The notes under the pieces are model-generated. The model had not been told where the DNA came from and ran no database searches. It saw nothing but the letters and a program-made list of their open reading frames with translations. Position numbers and translations under genes: made by a program. Positions 40,678-53,289 of a DNA stretch of 64,000 bases are shown here, piece by piece (the first letter of the stretch is position 1; each line of letters opens with the position of its first letter). This stretch comes from Octopus vulgaris. Taxonomy: Eukaryota. The stretch is taken from contig OX597841.1 of assembly GCA_951406725.2 (NCBI GenBank), forward strand, positions 18,910,001 to 18,974,000. The letters are read 5' to 3'.

Positions 40678-42616
40678 AGTGAATTGAAGAAATGGAGCTG
40701 AACGAAGATTGAACAGAATTCCTTTTATTGCATTCTACACATGTTTCAAAAGCCACAATTTTCGAAATTCCGATTAAATAAGGATACCATATTGTGGCTT
40801 TCTCTTCAGGAAAAAATAGGAATTCCGTTGGCAGAACAAAAACAGAACAGAGGCGCAGCAAAGCAATTCGAACGAGGAGGCTCTTTAAGAGCCCATGGCT
40901 GAACTGTTTATCAATGTACGTTGAAATCGGGTGGTGGGTGCGTTGAAGATATTTACAGGTCAGGCGGCGGTCAAATCCAGTAGGTGAGAGCAAGGGGTGT
41001 GGAGATGTTCTTTGTGACCAAAACTAAAGTTCTGAATATTTTAAGAATACTGGGTGTATTTTTGGGGGCGAGACAAAAACTACCTAGAAGCATGTATGTG
41101 TGTACTGGCCTATGTGTGCGCGGCCGTATGTTGGTAAAAGGCGCTACACAATGGTCACTGCTGAAAAATCGTCAGGCGGCAGAAAATATTTTTTGTGTTC
41201 GTGTGTTCGTCTAGGCCTGCTTGTCAAAAAATTAACGTCGTCAAAGAATCCTAAGGGTATATAAAATTCCAGCGTTTGCTTCCAAAACAAAACACCATTC
41301 GCCTAATGGGAGTAATTTCCCCTTGCAAGGGTTATTCATATATTTCTTAAAAAGCTTTTTCAAAAATTATTTCCAAGGAATTATTTTCATTTTAGTAGGG
41401 TAACAGGGTGCTAATTGTCTTAGGTATCATTTATAAGCAAGATAAGTATAACGCCGCCAATGGGGGCATCGACAAGCCGACTGTAAAAGTCCGTTTACCA
41501 ACCGGTCTCTGGCGAACAATATATGGAAAAGCTCAGAGACACAAATATTGCACTTCCTTCTGCTCCTATCAAATGGGAGGGCCACCGACAAAATCGACCA
41601 TTCCAGCCTGAAACCTGAGTTCGCGTTCTTCAAACGCCATATAAGCTTGCTAAGTCCCGTAGCTTGGTATTTATTCACGTCGCGAAAAGTTGCGAAATGG
41701 TTGGAAATTCGCAAGGCCAATTTTGACGATGAGGCCCCGACATACGAGTAGACATCTGAGTCCGTGTAAACCTTGCATTGGTAAATGGCATTTCTGATCT
41801 TGGAGTTACTCGACAAGAACCTTATTCTATTGGGATTAGCTTCTGAAATTAGAACTGCGTTACTGTTACTATATTGATTGCGAGAACTGCGGCCGCTTAC
41901 TACTTTATTTTCCTCAAAGTCACTATTAATTAACGGACTAACTCCTGAGTCTTCCCTATCACTGAGAGCGCTGTAATTGCTAGTATCCGTGGGCCTGCTA
42001 TTGCCGGAAACGATGCTGGAGTTGCTATTAGGACTCTCTACATTAATGACCCGAGCTGCGTTCACCTCACTATTGCCATTACTAACGTTAATGACATCAC
42101 CATTTCTTCTATCGCTACGCCTAGTATTTAATCCCTGGTTGGTACTGAGATTATCAGTCACTGTACTGGCTCTCTTATCATTATTACTACTATTATTATT
42201 CCTACTGAGCGTTAAACTGGGAGCGGACAGAGCTGCGCCTCCGGACAAAGGTGGTAGGGTCTTAATAAGCAGCCTATTATTATGGGAGGCGATTATCTGG
42301 GAAAGGTTTTTTGTGTTGGAGAAAGCTATCCTAACTTTATGCGAGTTAACCGTGGAGTAATATTTGGAATTTCTGGGGAAGTTACTGGCGATGGCTTGTC
42401 GAAACAGGAGGGAAGGTTAGTTCTAATCTGCTTACCAAAGGGAATTACAAACCATATATGCTTATTCCTATTTATGTGATGGGTCGGGAAGCCGGCTCTC
42501 ACATTAGGGTGGGTGATTCTAGGAAGAATAACGGGTTTTGGGTTAGTGTGAACTCCCCCGGACCGATAATTATCTTTGTTCCCTAAATTAAATCCGGAAG
42601 TGCCTGCTCCAGCACT

Positions 42617-42618
<2 letters not shown>
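40675..42618 (-). mobile_element. Naiad-like PLE fragment (thumb + GIY-YIG, no RT core) with a 3' HHR at 40733-40812
   Basis: WFVIPFGKQIRTN /frameshift/ NFP..HKVRIAFSNTKNLSQIIASHN, then IYQCKV..YVGAS..R..NH..TF..TGLSK.IW.LK..W.IL..CNIC..E..CPH. HHR reads TTC CTGAAGA GAAAGCCACAAT..ATTGTGGCTTTT GAAA CA tg TG TA GAA. TA flanks. Confidence 0.82.
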
Positions 42619-42664
<46 letters not shown>

Positions 42665-42679
42665 ATATATATATATGTA

Positions 42680-42969
42680 TATGGACCAGTGGTTAGGGCA
42701 GCGGACTCGCGGTCGTAGGATCGCGGTTTCGATTCCCAGACCGGGTGCTGTGTGTGTTGATTGAGCGAGAACACCTGAAAGCTCCACGATGCTCCGCAGG
42801 GGGTGGTGATCCCTGCTGTACTCTTTCACCACTCTTACTCCCACTCTTTCTTCTGTTGGCCTGCTCGTTTAGCCAGCGGGGTGGCGTCATTCGAAGGTTA
42901 AAACAATGCGAATGCATTGTGACCAGCGATGTGTAACTACATCTGATGGACTGGTCGGTCACGTGATCC

Positions 42970-42975
<6 letters not shown>
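42680..42975 (+). mobile_element. tRNA(Arg)-like SINE family C (copies ~4012-4273, 13640-13950, 15301-15598, 36236-36515 variant, 46330-46520, 46530-46765, 55905-56215)
   Basis: TGG(A/C)CCAGTGGTTAGGGCAGCGGACTCGCGGTC..GGTTTCGATTCCC head (TCG anticodon-like) and a shared tail ending GGTCGGTCACGTGAT. Resembles octopus OR-type SINEs (from recall). Confidence 0.85.
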
Positions 42976-43030
<55 letters not shown>

Positions 43031-43206
43031 TATAATTATAAGTTATATTTTATATTTTATATGTCTATTTCATTGTCTAATTATATTTACTATATATTTT
43101 GTATAATGCCATTACTGTTATGTAATGGTGTAATAAAGTATTGATTGGGTATCATCTGATGGTTGATATGTGATTGATTTAAGTATGTTTCTCCATTTTC
43201 TAATTT

Positions 43207-43269
<63 letters not shown>

Positions 43270-44098
43270 ACATAGGCCTGTCGTATATATATATGCATAT
43301 TATTAATAGTAGGGAATATAAAATTCCAAGGCAACAGGGGGAAAACAAACTCAGTTTAGTAACACTAAATCAAATTTCACGATATATTATATAGAATTAA
43401 GATATATAACCTCCATTAAGTAATTCAATTAATACTGAAAGATATCATATAAATTTAAGTATATTATTATTAATATCGTGCTAAACATTTCTATGCTAAA
43501 TAATATATATTAAAAATACACATTAAAAATGACGATGTGCGTTTCGTGATTATGTATTTGAATCTACAATATCAAAATCGATGATCGAAAATTAATATTT
43601 CTTTGATCCAACGATACATAGCCACTATTCAGGCCTCAATATCATAAAATAAATTTAAAACATATATGAAGACGTTATAATTACATAATTTGATCTTAAG
43701 GCCAGTTGTGCGCAAGATTGTCTTAAATGCCTTACTTAATTCGTTCTTAGGTGTGGCGTCAACAAACATTATATTGTGAAATTTCTTGTTATCGTACCAA
43801 GTATTGCTTTTATTTCTTTTGTTGGTGTCCCTCTCTAACCTATTCCAGAACTTGTTGCGGTATAGGGGTCATATACCGTTTTTGTCATCTCTTAGAATAC
43901 GTTCGAATCTTGCTTTCATCCTTTGTACACTCTGACTCTATCGTACTGTGTGTATCCGGAACATTGTATTCGGAATATGTGGTGCTGGATGAGTTGTTGT
44001 CGTTCTTGTGGTTGGCATAGTGGGGATACATTCCTCATTACTCTAAGCTTGCCACGAGGATGTTGATCCTGGTAGTACTATATATATGCGTGTGTGTG

Positions 44099-45338
44099 TC
44101 TCTATATATATAAAAGGCAGTTTGTCTGTCTGTGTGTCTGTGTGTCTGTCAGGTTGTACCCTCACCCTGACCACGGCTTTCAACCGATTCTGATGAAACT
44201 TGACACACACATAGCCCAATGTCATAATTCAAAACTAACGCAGCGAAAATTTTGAAAAGTTACCCCAGTTCTGAAAAAAATCGATAAATTCGACATGGGG
44301 TCGAGAATCTAAGCTTATAAGCAACACATTTTCCGTTGTAGTTTTCGCAACTTGCAATCGATTTTCACCAAACTCATGATTAAGCTTAATGTTACCTTAA
44401 GGAACTTAATTCTGAGGTTAGTTTTCCATGCAATACCTTACCATCAGAAAAAATCGATAAAATCATACCATTTTGGGAAATCGCGTTCAAATTCAAGATG
44501 ACATATTTTCGACAATATCTTTAACAAATTGGCAGGAATTGTTTTTGAAATTCACAGCGAGCATCATGTCTGCTCCAAGGAGCTATATGGCCCTTTTGAT
44601 TCCAATAGGATACGTTATTACTGGAAAAAATCGGTTAATTACATCATATGTGGCACACATAGCAAACCGATTTTTCTGCGATATTTTTTGAAAGTTCACA
44701 TAGATTTTCCCTACACCGATGTTGGACATCAAGTTTGCATTAAATGTCAAACTAACGACCTTTTGTCAATGCAGTTAACAAGTATTGGGAGAAATCGACA
44801 AAGCCATATCACTTTGAGACCGACCATGCGAACCCTACAAAACTGACTTTTGTTAAATAGTTGGCGGATTTCAGGCACACATGCGCCTTCGTTCCCTAGA
44901 GGGAAAGGACTAGATCGGGATTAGTCGTTGCCTACTAGAGGCTCCTGAGCCCCCTTTCGCTAGACGTAAGTTAGGATTAGGTAGGGCTTAGCTGTGGTCC
45001 GAACCCAACTTGGGTTCGGGATGGGGGCAGTGTCAAAAGGACCAGCATGTGCAACCTTATCACCTCTGCCGGTCAAACTCCCAACCCATGAGTTCGTGTC
45101 GCAACACTGATCCCGCAGAACTGGGTTGGGTGTGCTAAACAAAACCAGAAAATGCACTTTGACTGTCAGATTTTCTTCAAGCATGCCAGGGAACGGTGCC
45201 TTGAATGCCTTAATGCCTTTTAGGCTTCATTTTACAAAATAACGGTTCAATGAGTACAAAAAAGGGTAAAAAGGTAAAGGGCATTGCTTATCGACAAAGT
45301 TTCTTACATACCCGGGCAACGCCGGGCTATGCTGCTAG
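44099..45338 (+). mobile_element. Non-autonomous Helitron-like element (shorter copy 14640-15107, minus strand)
   Basis: 5' TCTCTATATATA..(GTCT)n; 3' hairpin CCCGGGCAACGCCGGG followed by CTAG|T. Confidence 0.8.
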
Positions 45339-45357
45339 TATATATATACACATATAT

Positions 45358-46143
45358 CATCATCGTCATTGTTCGACCGTGGTCGAGACAATGGAATTTA
45401 CCATGTTGCGCCAGACTTCACGGTCCATCATAGCGTTACGGAGGTCCTGTTGCTGGATGCCTGTATCCCTGGAGATTACATCAGGGTAGGAGAGTGTGCG
45501 CCCTCTGGTGTTGCGAGTAGATGGCTTCCAGAGGAGAAGAGTAGAAATTACTTCTTTTTCAGCTCTACAACAATGTCCAGCAAACTGGACTCTCCTACCC
45601 TTCACAAGAGATGACACAGGTGGTAATTTCCCATATATTTGCATTTTAGTTGGATGGCGCCTCCACGAGAGATTTTGAGCTCTCATAAGGAGGTGAGTGT
45701 AGGTTCCATCCAACTGCCTCTCAAGCTTCTTTGATAACGTCCAGGTTTCTGAGCCATATAGTAGGATTGGTTCGACTGTGGCTTTGAATATTTCAAGTTT
45801 GAAGTCTCTACTTAGATTTGATGACCAGATCTTATGCATGTCATTACAGGCTGACCAGGCCATACCCTTTCTAGTTAGAAAGTCTTTTCCAGATGATGAT
45901 ATGTATGACCCAAGATATTTATAATCAGAAACCATCAAAAGCATTTAATCGCGATCTTGCAATGGTATTTGTAGACTTTTCTAAAGCGTTCGATTCTGTG
46001 GATAGGTGCAAGATGTTTGAAATCCTTAAGCTCTATGGGATACCAGACAAAATTATTTCTGCCATCAAGGTCCTCTACACAGATACGTCTTCAACCATCT
46101 TAACCCTTGATGGAGAAACATCATCTTTCTCGATCGAGGCCGG
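45358..46143 (-). mobile_element. RTE-clade LINE fragment with an inverted 5' segment
   Basis: Minus strand YKYLGSYI..VEPILLYGSETWTL..FAGHC..DREVWR. The adjacent 45935-46143 reads FVDFSKAFDSVDR..YGIPDKII on the plus strand. Confidence 0.85.
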
Positions 46144-46801
46144 AATACACATATATAATAGTAGCACTCCGTCGGGTTCCAGGTGATCTGATCAAAGGAA
46201 CAGCCTGCTCGTGAAATCAACGTGCAAGTGGATGAGCACTGAAAATACACAGACACGTGTACCCTTAACGTAGTTCTCGGGGCAGAGTCAACGTGACACA
46301 GGGTATAACAAGGCTGGCCCTTTGAAATACAGATAGAAAGAGTGAGAAAAAGTTGTGGTGAAAGAGTATAGCAGGGTTCACCACCATCCACAACTGGAGC
46401 AACGTGGAGCATTAGGTGTTTTCACAGAATAAACACTAAAAACGCCCGGTCTTGGAATCGAAACCGGGATCCTACGACCACTAATCTGCTGCCCTAACCA
46501 CTGGGCCATTGCGCCTCCACATATATATATTTGTGAGTGTTTATTGAGCGAAAACACCTAAAAGCTCCACGTGACTCCAGCAGGGGGTGGTGGCAATCCC
46601 TGCAGTACTCTTTCGCTGCAACTTTCTCTCACTCTTTCTACTGTTAGCCTGCTCGCTTAGCCAGCCGGGTGGCGTCATTTGAAGGCTAAAACAATGCGAA
46701 GCGCATTGTGACCAGCGATAGGTAGCAACATCTGATAGCCTGGTCGGTCTTGATGATCATGGTGATATATGTATGTATGTATGTATGTACGTACGTATTT
46801 A

Positions 46802-46834
<33 letters not shown>

Positions 46835-46949
46835 GTATGTATATATATATGTGTGTGTGTGTGTGTATGTATGTATATATATATGTGTATATATATATAT
46901 ATATTATATTATATATATATGTGTGTGTGTGTGTATGTATATATATATA

Positions 46950-46987
<38 letters not shown>

Positions 46988-47246
46988 CCAATTAAGGACT
47001 GAACACGAAAAGTGGACAGTCAACATGCTAGATATAGACGTCAAATCGTCATTCACCACAAAAGATTATGTTCTCAGATCAAACTCAACACAAAACCATA
47101 GCAATAAACAAGTGAAAAATATACGAAATAAAATAATTACCCATGTACTAACTTAGTTTCAGCTGTTATTTTAATATGCTAGACCACTGGTCTTAATTGA
47201 TAAATATCAATTTCTACCCTTAATTAATTTTATATATATATATATG

Positions 47247-50200
47247 TATAAGGGTGGAAAGGAACACACGAGTTGATATATATGAAAAAACAAGTCAAAA
47301 ATAGAAAATGCTAAGATGATTTTATAGTGAATCTTTCAGTACCGGTTTCGGTCATTTTGAGACCTTTTCAACTGTAACGATTAAATAATTAAATTTAGAA
47401 AAATTTAGAAAAATTAGAAGAAAGGTTTTTTTAAAGGAATACTTCCATAGTAGTGTTCAGATATAGGTGGCATTCTGCCTTTCTCTGACTCCCTTGTTTG
47501 CACTTGTGTATTCGAGGTCGTTGTGAGTTCTTGAGGGGGTGGGAGTGGGAAAATCTGGGCTGGTCAGTGGCGACCGGCAGTCGCTGCGTAGGCATTACTT
47601 AAAGACATTAGTGACAAGGTTGAGGGGTAGAAGGTGGAGAAGTAGAAGAAGATGACGGCGCCGATGACGACGACGATGAAGAAGAAGAAGGAGAAGGAGA
47701 AGATGACGATGATGATGGTGGCGATGACGACGACGACGACGACGATGATAACGATGATGATGAAGAAGAAGAAGTGGAAGAAGAAGAAAAAAAACACAGA
47801 GAAGGGAGAATATGAATGGGTGATGGGGCGATTAGTAATGGATTCTATGGAATGTAATATTTGTGTGTGTATATATATTTCTTTTATTCTTAAGTTGAGC
47901 TATATTAATTGTTTGTCGTAGACCCGTTAAGAAGTGGCCTGTATTTTATAATAAAGAGATTTTCTTTACTTATTCGTTGTCTCGAGGTTGTATCGTCCCT
48001 AAATTGGTAGAGGGGGAAAATTCTGAAGTTTGGTGTTTTTTTTGTTGGCGCAAGTATCTATGTGTTGGCTAAAAGCTATTTTTCTGTTTTGGGGAATTTT
48101 TATCTGGGATCTGTGCAGGGCCATTCGTTTACGCAAACCATTTTTTGTTTGGCCTATGTACTGCTCTTGACACCCGGAGCAGGTTAGTGAGTATATTAGG
48201 TTCTCCGAAGCACATGTGAAGTTGCTTTTCACTGTAAACCGTTGTCCCTGTTTGAAGGAGAACTCAGAACCCTCGATTAGATAGTCGCATATCCCGCAAT
48301 TGGGTCTTCCACATTTTTTTACTGTCGGCTTCTGTGTTGAAGAGTGAATTCGGGCTTGTGTTAGGAGACTTTTCATGGATCTAGGCTGTCTTTTGCTTTT
48401 TATGATCGTGTGTGTTTGGAGGATTGTGTTCATTCTGTGGTCTTTTTTTAGGAGGGGTATGTTGTGGAGGATGGTGCCGAAGGCTTCGTTATTGAGAGGG
48501 TTGTGTGTGGAGATGTATGGTAAGGCTTTTGGTTGTAAGTTTTTCTTTGATTTGGGATGTCTCAGTTCCTTGATGTTAAGTTGAAGGGCACGTTGAATGC
48601 ACTTGTCAATAAGTGAAGGTGGATAGTTCCTGGTGATAAGGGTATCTTTTAGTTCTTGTAGTCGTGTGTCTCTGGTGTTTGCGTTAGAGACTATAGTGCA
48701 TATCCTTTTTGCTAGATTGAAGGGGATATTCATCCTGGTGTGTCTGGGGTGGCATGAATTGAATGGAAGATATTGCTTAGAGTCTGTAGGCTTATAGTAT
48801 ATGTCTGTTTCTATTATATTATTAGCTTTCTTAATGAGGATATCGAGGAAGGGAAGTTGTTGCTGGCTATATTCCATCGTGAATTGGATGTTTACGTCCA
48901 GTCCGTTTAAAATTTCCTGGAATTCTATGAGTTTTTCTATATTTTTATGCCAAAGAATGAAACAGTCATCTAGATATCTCTTCCAGTTGTTTTCTATGTA
49001 GATGGAGAAAGGGCTGCCATATCTTTCTAGAACCTTACGATACAGACTGATCTCTAGGTATCCTATGACTAGGTTGGCAAAGGAGGGGGCCATTCGTGTA
49101 CCCATCGCAGTCCCCGATTTTTGTCGGTAGAAGTTGTCATTGAAAGCGAAGAAGTTATTTTCCAGGATGAATTTAACCCCTTCTATCACGAATTCTTTTT
49201 TGATGCGGTGTGGTAGTTCGTTGGCGTGATTCTCTAGCCAGAATTGGATTGTCTCTAGTCCTAGGTTGTGGGGGATATTGGAGTAGAGGTTGACTATATC
49301 GAAGGATACCAGTATGGTGTTTTGGTTTATAGTATTCGGTAGGTGATTGAGCATATCTAAGTCGTCCCTTATATAGCTTTTGACATGTTTGAGGAGTGGT
49401 TTTAACAGGGTGTCTAAAAAGTTACTGAGGCGGTGGGTTTCGCATGCGGGACCTGCTATTATGGGTCTCAATTTGAGGTCATTAGGATTAGGGACTTTAA
49501 TTATTTTGTCTGTGGCTATCTTGCATGCGTTGCTTATTTTTTCACTTTTGTGGATCTTAGGTATACCGTAGAATTGGCTAGTTTTACTTGTGAAATTGGT
49601 CATATAATCATATTCTTTGTCGGTGAGCCCTGCTTTGTATGGGTTAAATATGGATTTTAGTTCCCTCATTATTTTTTGTTGACTGTAGTTTTGTGCCTTT
49701 TCATAGTATGTTGTGTCTTCCAGCATAGAAAGAACCAAAGTTATGTAAAAAGTCGTATCCATTAAGACAACAGCACTCCCTTTATCGGCCTCTTTGATTG
49801 TTATTGTTTTATCTTGTTTTAATTTGTTCAACTCAGCCCATTCTTTTTTGCTGAAGTTTGGTTTGTGTTTTTGTTTGTGCATATGTTGATATGGGTAATT
49901 AGATATGTGGTCACAGAAATCATCAAGTGTTTTGTTCTTACCTTTCGAGGGGGTGTAGTTACTCCTATTTCTGGCTAACGATTCGTCCTCGTTGTATTTA
50001 TCGTATAGCTCCTCAGTAAGTCTTAATTTTCTGCAGAATTCTGCGATGTCTTCTTTCATTTCGTTGTAGTTGGGGTGTTGTGGGGTGGGTGTAAACTTGA
50101 GTCCTTTGGAAAGTATGTTTATTTGGTTTGCTGTTAGTTCCTTGTGAGTTAGATTGATAATTTTTATTACTTTTGGTTCCTCCTGCTTGTTTGGTGCTAT

Positions 50201-51540
50201 CTTGTGTCTCTGTGTTTGCGTATTGGGTATAAAAAATGAATGCGGTGGTTGGGACGGTAGCTGTTATATAGTTGTTCTTTATTGATGTGGGGTCTCCTGT
50301 TGTGATTTATGGTGTGTGTTCTTGGAGGAGTATTGAGGAGAGCATCCCGATATCCCATATTCGGGTGTGGTGTTCTAGGAGGCCTTCGTTGGTAATCATT
50401 GTAAGTGGTGTGGGTTTGTTGTGCATGGTTGTTTAACCGGTTGATGGGACGGAGATTTCGTTGGTAACTCTTTTGGGTGGGGATAAGGTTGCAGTGTCTA
50501 TGCTGTGGGTGTTGATTTATCCATTCTCTGCTTGAAGTGGGGTATTCCTGATATTGTAACGCTGGTTGCTTACAGAGTTAGGGTTAGGTCCTGTATTCTT
50601 TTTTGAAAGTAGTGAAGGTTCCGATTTTTAGACAGGTGTGTATCGGTGTTTGGGTGTTGTTTTGGTTTTCTTATTTTCTGGAAAGGGTTGTTGGAGGCGT
50701 GCTCTGTTTGAAAGACGGCTTCATAGTCTGAGAACCAAATGGCGCTTTTCTCCCAGCGTTGGAGAGATTTTAGTTCTTCTTCTTCACTTCCTCTTTCCAT
50801 AGTTTGGAGAACTTCTCTTGATCTGGGCCTTGGGTCATTTTGCGAATTTCTTCGTTGATATCTTCATCGGTGGATTTTATTTCGTCCTCATTCGTTTGGG
50901 CCCTCAATTTCAGAAGTTCTATTTCCATTTTCATTTTTTCCAGTGCCATTCTCTCCCTGAGGTGTCTTTGTGTTTCAGGTTCCTCTGTAATAGCTTTGAA
51001 CTGGAATTTCCGTGGGAGGATTAACGGGGTCCGGTTGAGCCATTTTTCGTATATATCCGCTTTGTTGTTGTTTTGGATCGTCATCGCCACCATCATCATC
51101 GTCATCTTCTCCTTCTCCTTCTTCTTCTTCATCGTCGTCGTCATCGGCGCCGTCATCTTCTTCTTCTTCTTCTACTTCTCCACCTTCTACCCCTCAACCT
51201 TGTCACTAATGTCTTTAAGTATAACGCCTACGCAGCGACTGCCGGTCGCCACTGACCAGCCCAGATTTTCCCACTCCCACCCCCTCAAGAACTCACAACG
51301 ACCTCGAATACACAAGTGCAAACAAGGGAGTCAGAGAAAGGCAGAATGCCACCTATATCTGAACACTACTATGGAAGTATTCCTTTAAAAAACCTTTCTT
51401 CTAATTTTTCTTCTAATTTTTCTAAATTTAATTATTTAATCGTTACAGTTGAAAAGGTCTCAAAATGACCGAAACCGGTACTGAAAGATTCACTATAAAA
51501 TCATCTTAGCATTTTCTATTTTTGACTTGTTTTTTCATAT
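47247..51540 (-). mobile_element. Penelope-like retroelement (Neptune-like), 5'-truncated with an inverted pseudo-LTR
   Basis: RT + GIY-YIG ORF. ~47280-47708 is the reverse complement of ~51077-51540. HHRs at 47337-47374 (-) and 51446-51483 (+). A ~33-nt tail occurs only at the 3' (left) end; TA flanks. Confidence 0.93.
47999..50059 (-). CDS. PLE reverse transcriptase + GIY-YIG endonuclease (frameshifted at both ends, probably pseudogenic)
   Basis: ADKG, FYGIPKIHK, RPII, SFDIVNLYSNIP, GTAMG, RYLDD, YYKPTD..QYL, CxxxxCxxC linker, LIYSLTCSGCQEQYIGQT. Upstream LSKGLKFTPTP and ORF 50770-51156 continue it N-terminally. Confidence 0.92.
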   Translation of the reverse strand: MKEDIAEFCRKLRLTEELYDKYNEDESLARNRSNYTPSKGKNKTLDDFCDHISNYPYQHMHKQKHKPNFSKKEWAELNKLKQDKTITIKEADKGSAVVLMDTTFYITLVLSMLEDTTYYEKAQNYSQQKIMRELKSIFNPYKAGLTDKEYDYMTNFTSKTSQFYGIPKIHKSEKISNACKIATDKIIKVPNPNDLKLRPIIAGPACETHRLSNFLDTLLKPLLKHVKSYIRDDLDMLNHLPNTINQNTILVSFDIVNLYSNIPHNLGLETIQFWLENHANELPHRIKKEFVIEGVKFILENNFFAFNDNFYRQKSGTAMGTRMAPSFANLVIGYLEISLYRKVLERYGSPFSIYIENNWKRYLDDCFILWHKNIEKLIEFQEILNGLDVNIQFTMEYSQQQLPFLDILIKKANNIIETDIYYKPTDSKQYLPFNSCHPRHTRMNIPFNLAKRICTIVSNANTRDTRLQELKDTLITRNYPPSLIDKCIQRALQLNIKELRHPKSKKNLQPKALPYISTHNPLNNEAFGTILHNIPLLKKDHRMNTILQTHTIIKSKRQPRSMKSLLTQARIHSSTQKPTVKKCGRPNCGICDYLIEGSEFSFKQGQRFTVKSNFTCASENLIYSLTCSGCQEQYIGQTKNGLRKRMALHRSQIKIPQNRKIAFSQHIDTCANKKNTKLQNFPPLPI

Positions 51541-51656
51541 ATATATATATATATATATATGAAGAGAGAGAGTACTGTTAATAATTAACTATGATAGTTC
51601 GACTATTTAGTTAATTATAGTTCAACTAATTAACCATGTTTTGCTTTTTTCCACAG

Positions 51657-51723
51657 GAACTAAAGAAGACAGCAGTCTTCATGCGAGAAGCCACCTACCG
51701 GGATTTTAACCAAGGAGCCCTTG
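51657..51723 (+). CDS. Calpain gene 2 exon: ELKKTAVFMREATYRDFNQGAL(G)
   Basis: ccacAG acceptor, GTAAGT donor; carries the oxyanion-hole Gln in QGALG. Confidence 0.92.
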
Positions 51724-51947
51724 GTAAGTGTTGTGTAAGGCGAACATTATTAGAGGAATAGAAATACTGACAGACGGACAGGAGGACGGAAGGACCAACG
51801 GACAGACGGACGGGTGGATGAACGGGTGGAGGGATAAAGAGACAGAGAAATGTGTTGATGGTAAGATTGATTGACAGGCAGACACACAGATAGACAACGC
51901 ATACACAGACAGATGAACAAACATAGATAGATAGACAGACAGACAGG

Positions 51948-53289
<1,342 letters not shown>

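Noticed and set aside
47652-47921. Lys/Met/Thr-rich ORF (mirrored at the start of ORF 50770-51156)
   Set aside because: A (GAT/GAC/GAA)n low-complexity part of the pLTR; its fusion to the PLE ORF at ~51077 is the inversion junction.
50577-50590. TTAGGGTTAGG telomere-like motif
   Set aside because: Only about two units, inside PLE sequence; expected by chance.
47280-51540. Long terminal inverted repeats suggesting a DNA transposon or Polinton
   Set aside because: The enclosed ORF is a PLE RT + GIY-YIG; the repeats are pLTRs with HHRs and the right one truncates the ORF.
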